From: an uncultured Bifidobacteriaceae bacterium
Lineage (GTDB): Bacteria > Acidobacteriota > Vicinamibacteria > Vicinamibacterales > UBA2999
Reading direction: 5' to 3'
Length of the DNA stretch: 64,000 nucleotides
Assembly: GCA_964643765.1 (NCBI GenBank)
Contig: CAZXTM010000008.1
Location: 30,948 to 94,947, forward strand
Below are positions 63,601 to 64,000 of this stretch, piece by piece. A program made the translations under genes and the position numbers. Under the pieces are notes generated by a model. That model did not search any database. It saw only the letters and a list, made by a program, of their open reading frames with translations, and was not told the origin of the DNA. Position 1 is the stretch's first letter, and each line of letters opens with the position of its first letter.

Positions 63601-63906
63601 GGGATTCGTCTGCACCTGCAGGACGATGCCGTCCTGGACGTAGGTGGAGAACCCCTGGAGCGTGAAGCTCAGCGTGTAAGGGCCGACCGGCAGGTTCGGC
63701 AGCACATAGGCGCCGTTCTCGTTGGTGAATACGGTGCGGAGCGCGCCGGTCGATGTCTGCGTGGCCGTGACCTCGACGCCTGGCAGGACGAGTCCCGACC
63801 CATCACGCACGGTGCCTGAAATCTGCGCCACCGTCACGGACTGCGCAGCGGCGCCGGTTACCAGTGCCCACATCAGGCACGCCACAAAGCCTTGCTTCAT
63901 CCACAT
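60697..63906 (-). CDS. TonB-dependent receptor-like outer-membrane protein with N-terminal carboxypeptidase-regulatory-like domain
   Basis: Signal MWMKQGFVACLMWALVTGAAAQ. ISGTVRDGSGLVLPGVEVTATQTSTGALRTVFTNENGAYVLPNLPVGPYTLSF is a CarboxypepD_reg domain, followed by the plug region (ETRSTGVGQVIDNQRVIEMPLNGR). The 1069-aa beta-barrel ends in ...FALKLSF. Confidence 0.85.
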   Translation of the reverse strand: MWMKQGFVACLMWALVTGAAAQSVTVAQISGTVRDGSGLVLPGVEVTATQTSTGALRTVFTNENGAYVLPNLPVGPYTLSFTLQGFSTYVQDGIVLQVQTNPTIDVQLNVGQLTETVMVSAGAPLIETRSTGVGQVIDNQRVIEMPLNGRQATELIFLSGLATSAPAADLNTNKNYPTVTISVAGGQANGMTYIMDGATHNDPFNNLNLPTPFPDALQEFKVETSALPARYGHHAASAVNVVTKSGTNSVNGTVFGFVRNYRFNARNALATTRDSLERNQYGGVLGGPIMKNKLFFFGGYQGTDENSNPPVAIRFVPTAAMRTGDFTAFAGPECNGGRQIALRAPFVDNRLPAGAIDPVAANMLKYIPVADDPCGRVQFGIPNNSTDHQGVGKIDYTLSNKQSLQFRYLYARYDNPATYDGKNVLTLSRTGQTNAVHSAVLGHTYAATSSLFNSLRTTYIRTFNDRSLPEYFTASELGSRISSLIPGYVGISVTGNGFSFGSGGTNPGYFNSKAIQVADDIDWLKGNHQVTVGVNWIYTTIETSNNRPTNGAFTFNGQLTGLPLADFMAGRVFSFLQGNPVFDYQNHDYVGVYLQDEWRVRPNLTLNAGVRWEPANPLQATFGWASNFDLTRFTQGVKSTVYPQAPAGLYFPGDPGYPGNGAWKQQLWNFTPRLGAVWQPDDSTSVRAAWGMFLDTPHLFFNTRFSNNPPWGAQLTIPTPAGGFVDPYQGYPGGNPFPALNTAWQTSAFPSYGVYVNAPIDLQPTRLEQWNITVQRQLGDWMVGASYLGNRSHNLWRATELNPAVFGPGATTGNTNQRRRLNALNAREGSFYGTLAEVDDTGRSNYQGMLLTVQRRLKNNFSVLANYTLSKCMSDPATTEITGPTVMNPDNPDADYGYCSSDRRHVANLSAVFQLPEWSGAMGRMFGRWQIAPIIRRQSGNRSTVTLGTDVALTGMGGQRPNQVLDNVYGDGTAGNYLNRAAFAAPASGTYGTLAPFTIVNPAIFQNDLAITRTFDVASTRMQFRWEIFNVINHVNLGAPVTALNAANFGQILTAGDPRIMQFALKLSF

Positions 63907-64000
63907 GGGTTCCCACCCTCCCCGGATTCGCCCTGGGGCGATCACATGCTGATTGCTTCCGGAATTCAGAAGCAGGAGGAGCGTAGCGGCTTCCGGGCAC

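Overview
This is a very GC-rich bacterial chromosomal segment (visual impression 65-70 % G+C, not computed) that is almost entirely coding. I call 53 protein-coding genes. I found no rRNA or tRNA genes, no CRISPR array, and no transposase, integrase or phage genes. Most genes are housekeeping: ettA, dut, dinB, rsgA, typA/bipA, acnA, queG, lpxB, lpxD, type III glutamine synthetase, glutamate dehydrogenase, a fadD-like ligase, M16/M20/M49-type peptidases, and cyclophilin and FKBP PPIases. The gene content (a CarboxypepD_reg-type TonB-dependent receptor, DUF5916, GSIII, paired M16 peptidases, a SWIB protein) suggests an Acidobacteriota-like, possibly Gemmatimonadota-like, genome. That is inference only. 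Two long co-directional minus-strand arrays (13516 down to 1, and 53242 down to 36581) have gaps mostly under 60 nt and several 4-nt ATGA/GTGA start-stop overlaps. The only accessory-looking block is a copper module at 30580-36134: a small Cys/His protein, a two-domain multicopper oxidase, a TolC-family outer-membrane factor and a P1B ATPase, translationally coupled and with no RND/MFP partner. Other points worth a second look are listed here.
- A SWIB-domain protein with a histone-H1-like Lys/Ala tail.
- An lpxD-M16-M16-lpxB arrangement.
- A ~41 % G+C regulatory island upstream of glnN with sigma-54-like boxes.
- A periplasmic TBDR-ThuA-PQQ dehydrogenase cluster.
- Several unrecognised small proteins.
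I did not find a convincing defence island or other clearly novel multi-gene system, and the window reads as mostly ordinary core genome. Many long ORFs in the six-frame track are antisense shadows or N-terminally over-extended because of the high GC. I trimmed starts using signal peptides, RBS-like purine runs, start-stop overlaps and known N-termini of the families. All functional calls come from motif and family recognition by eye; no database search was run.
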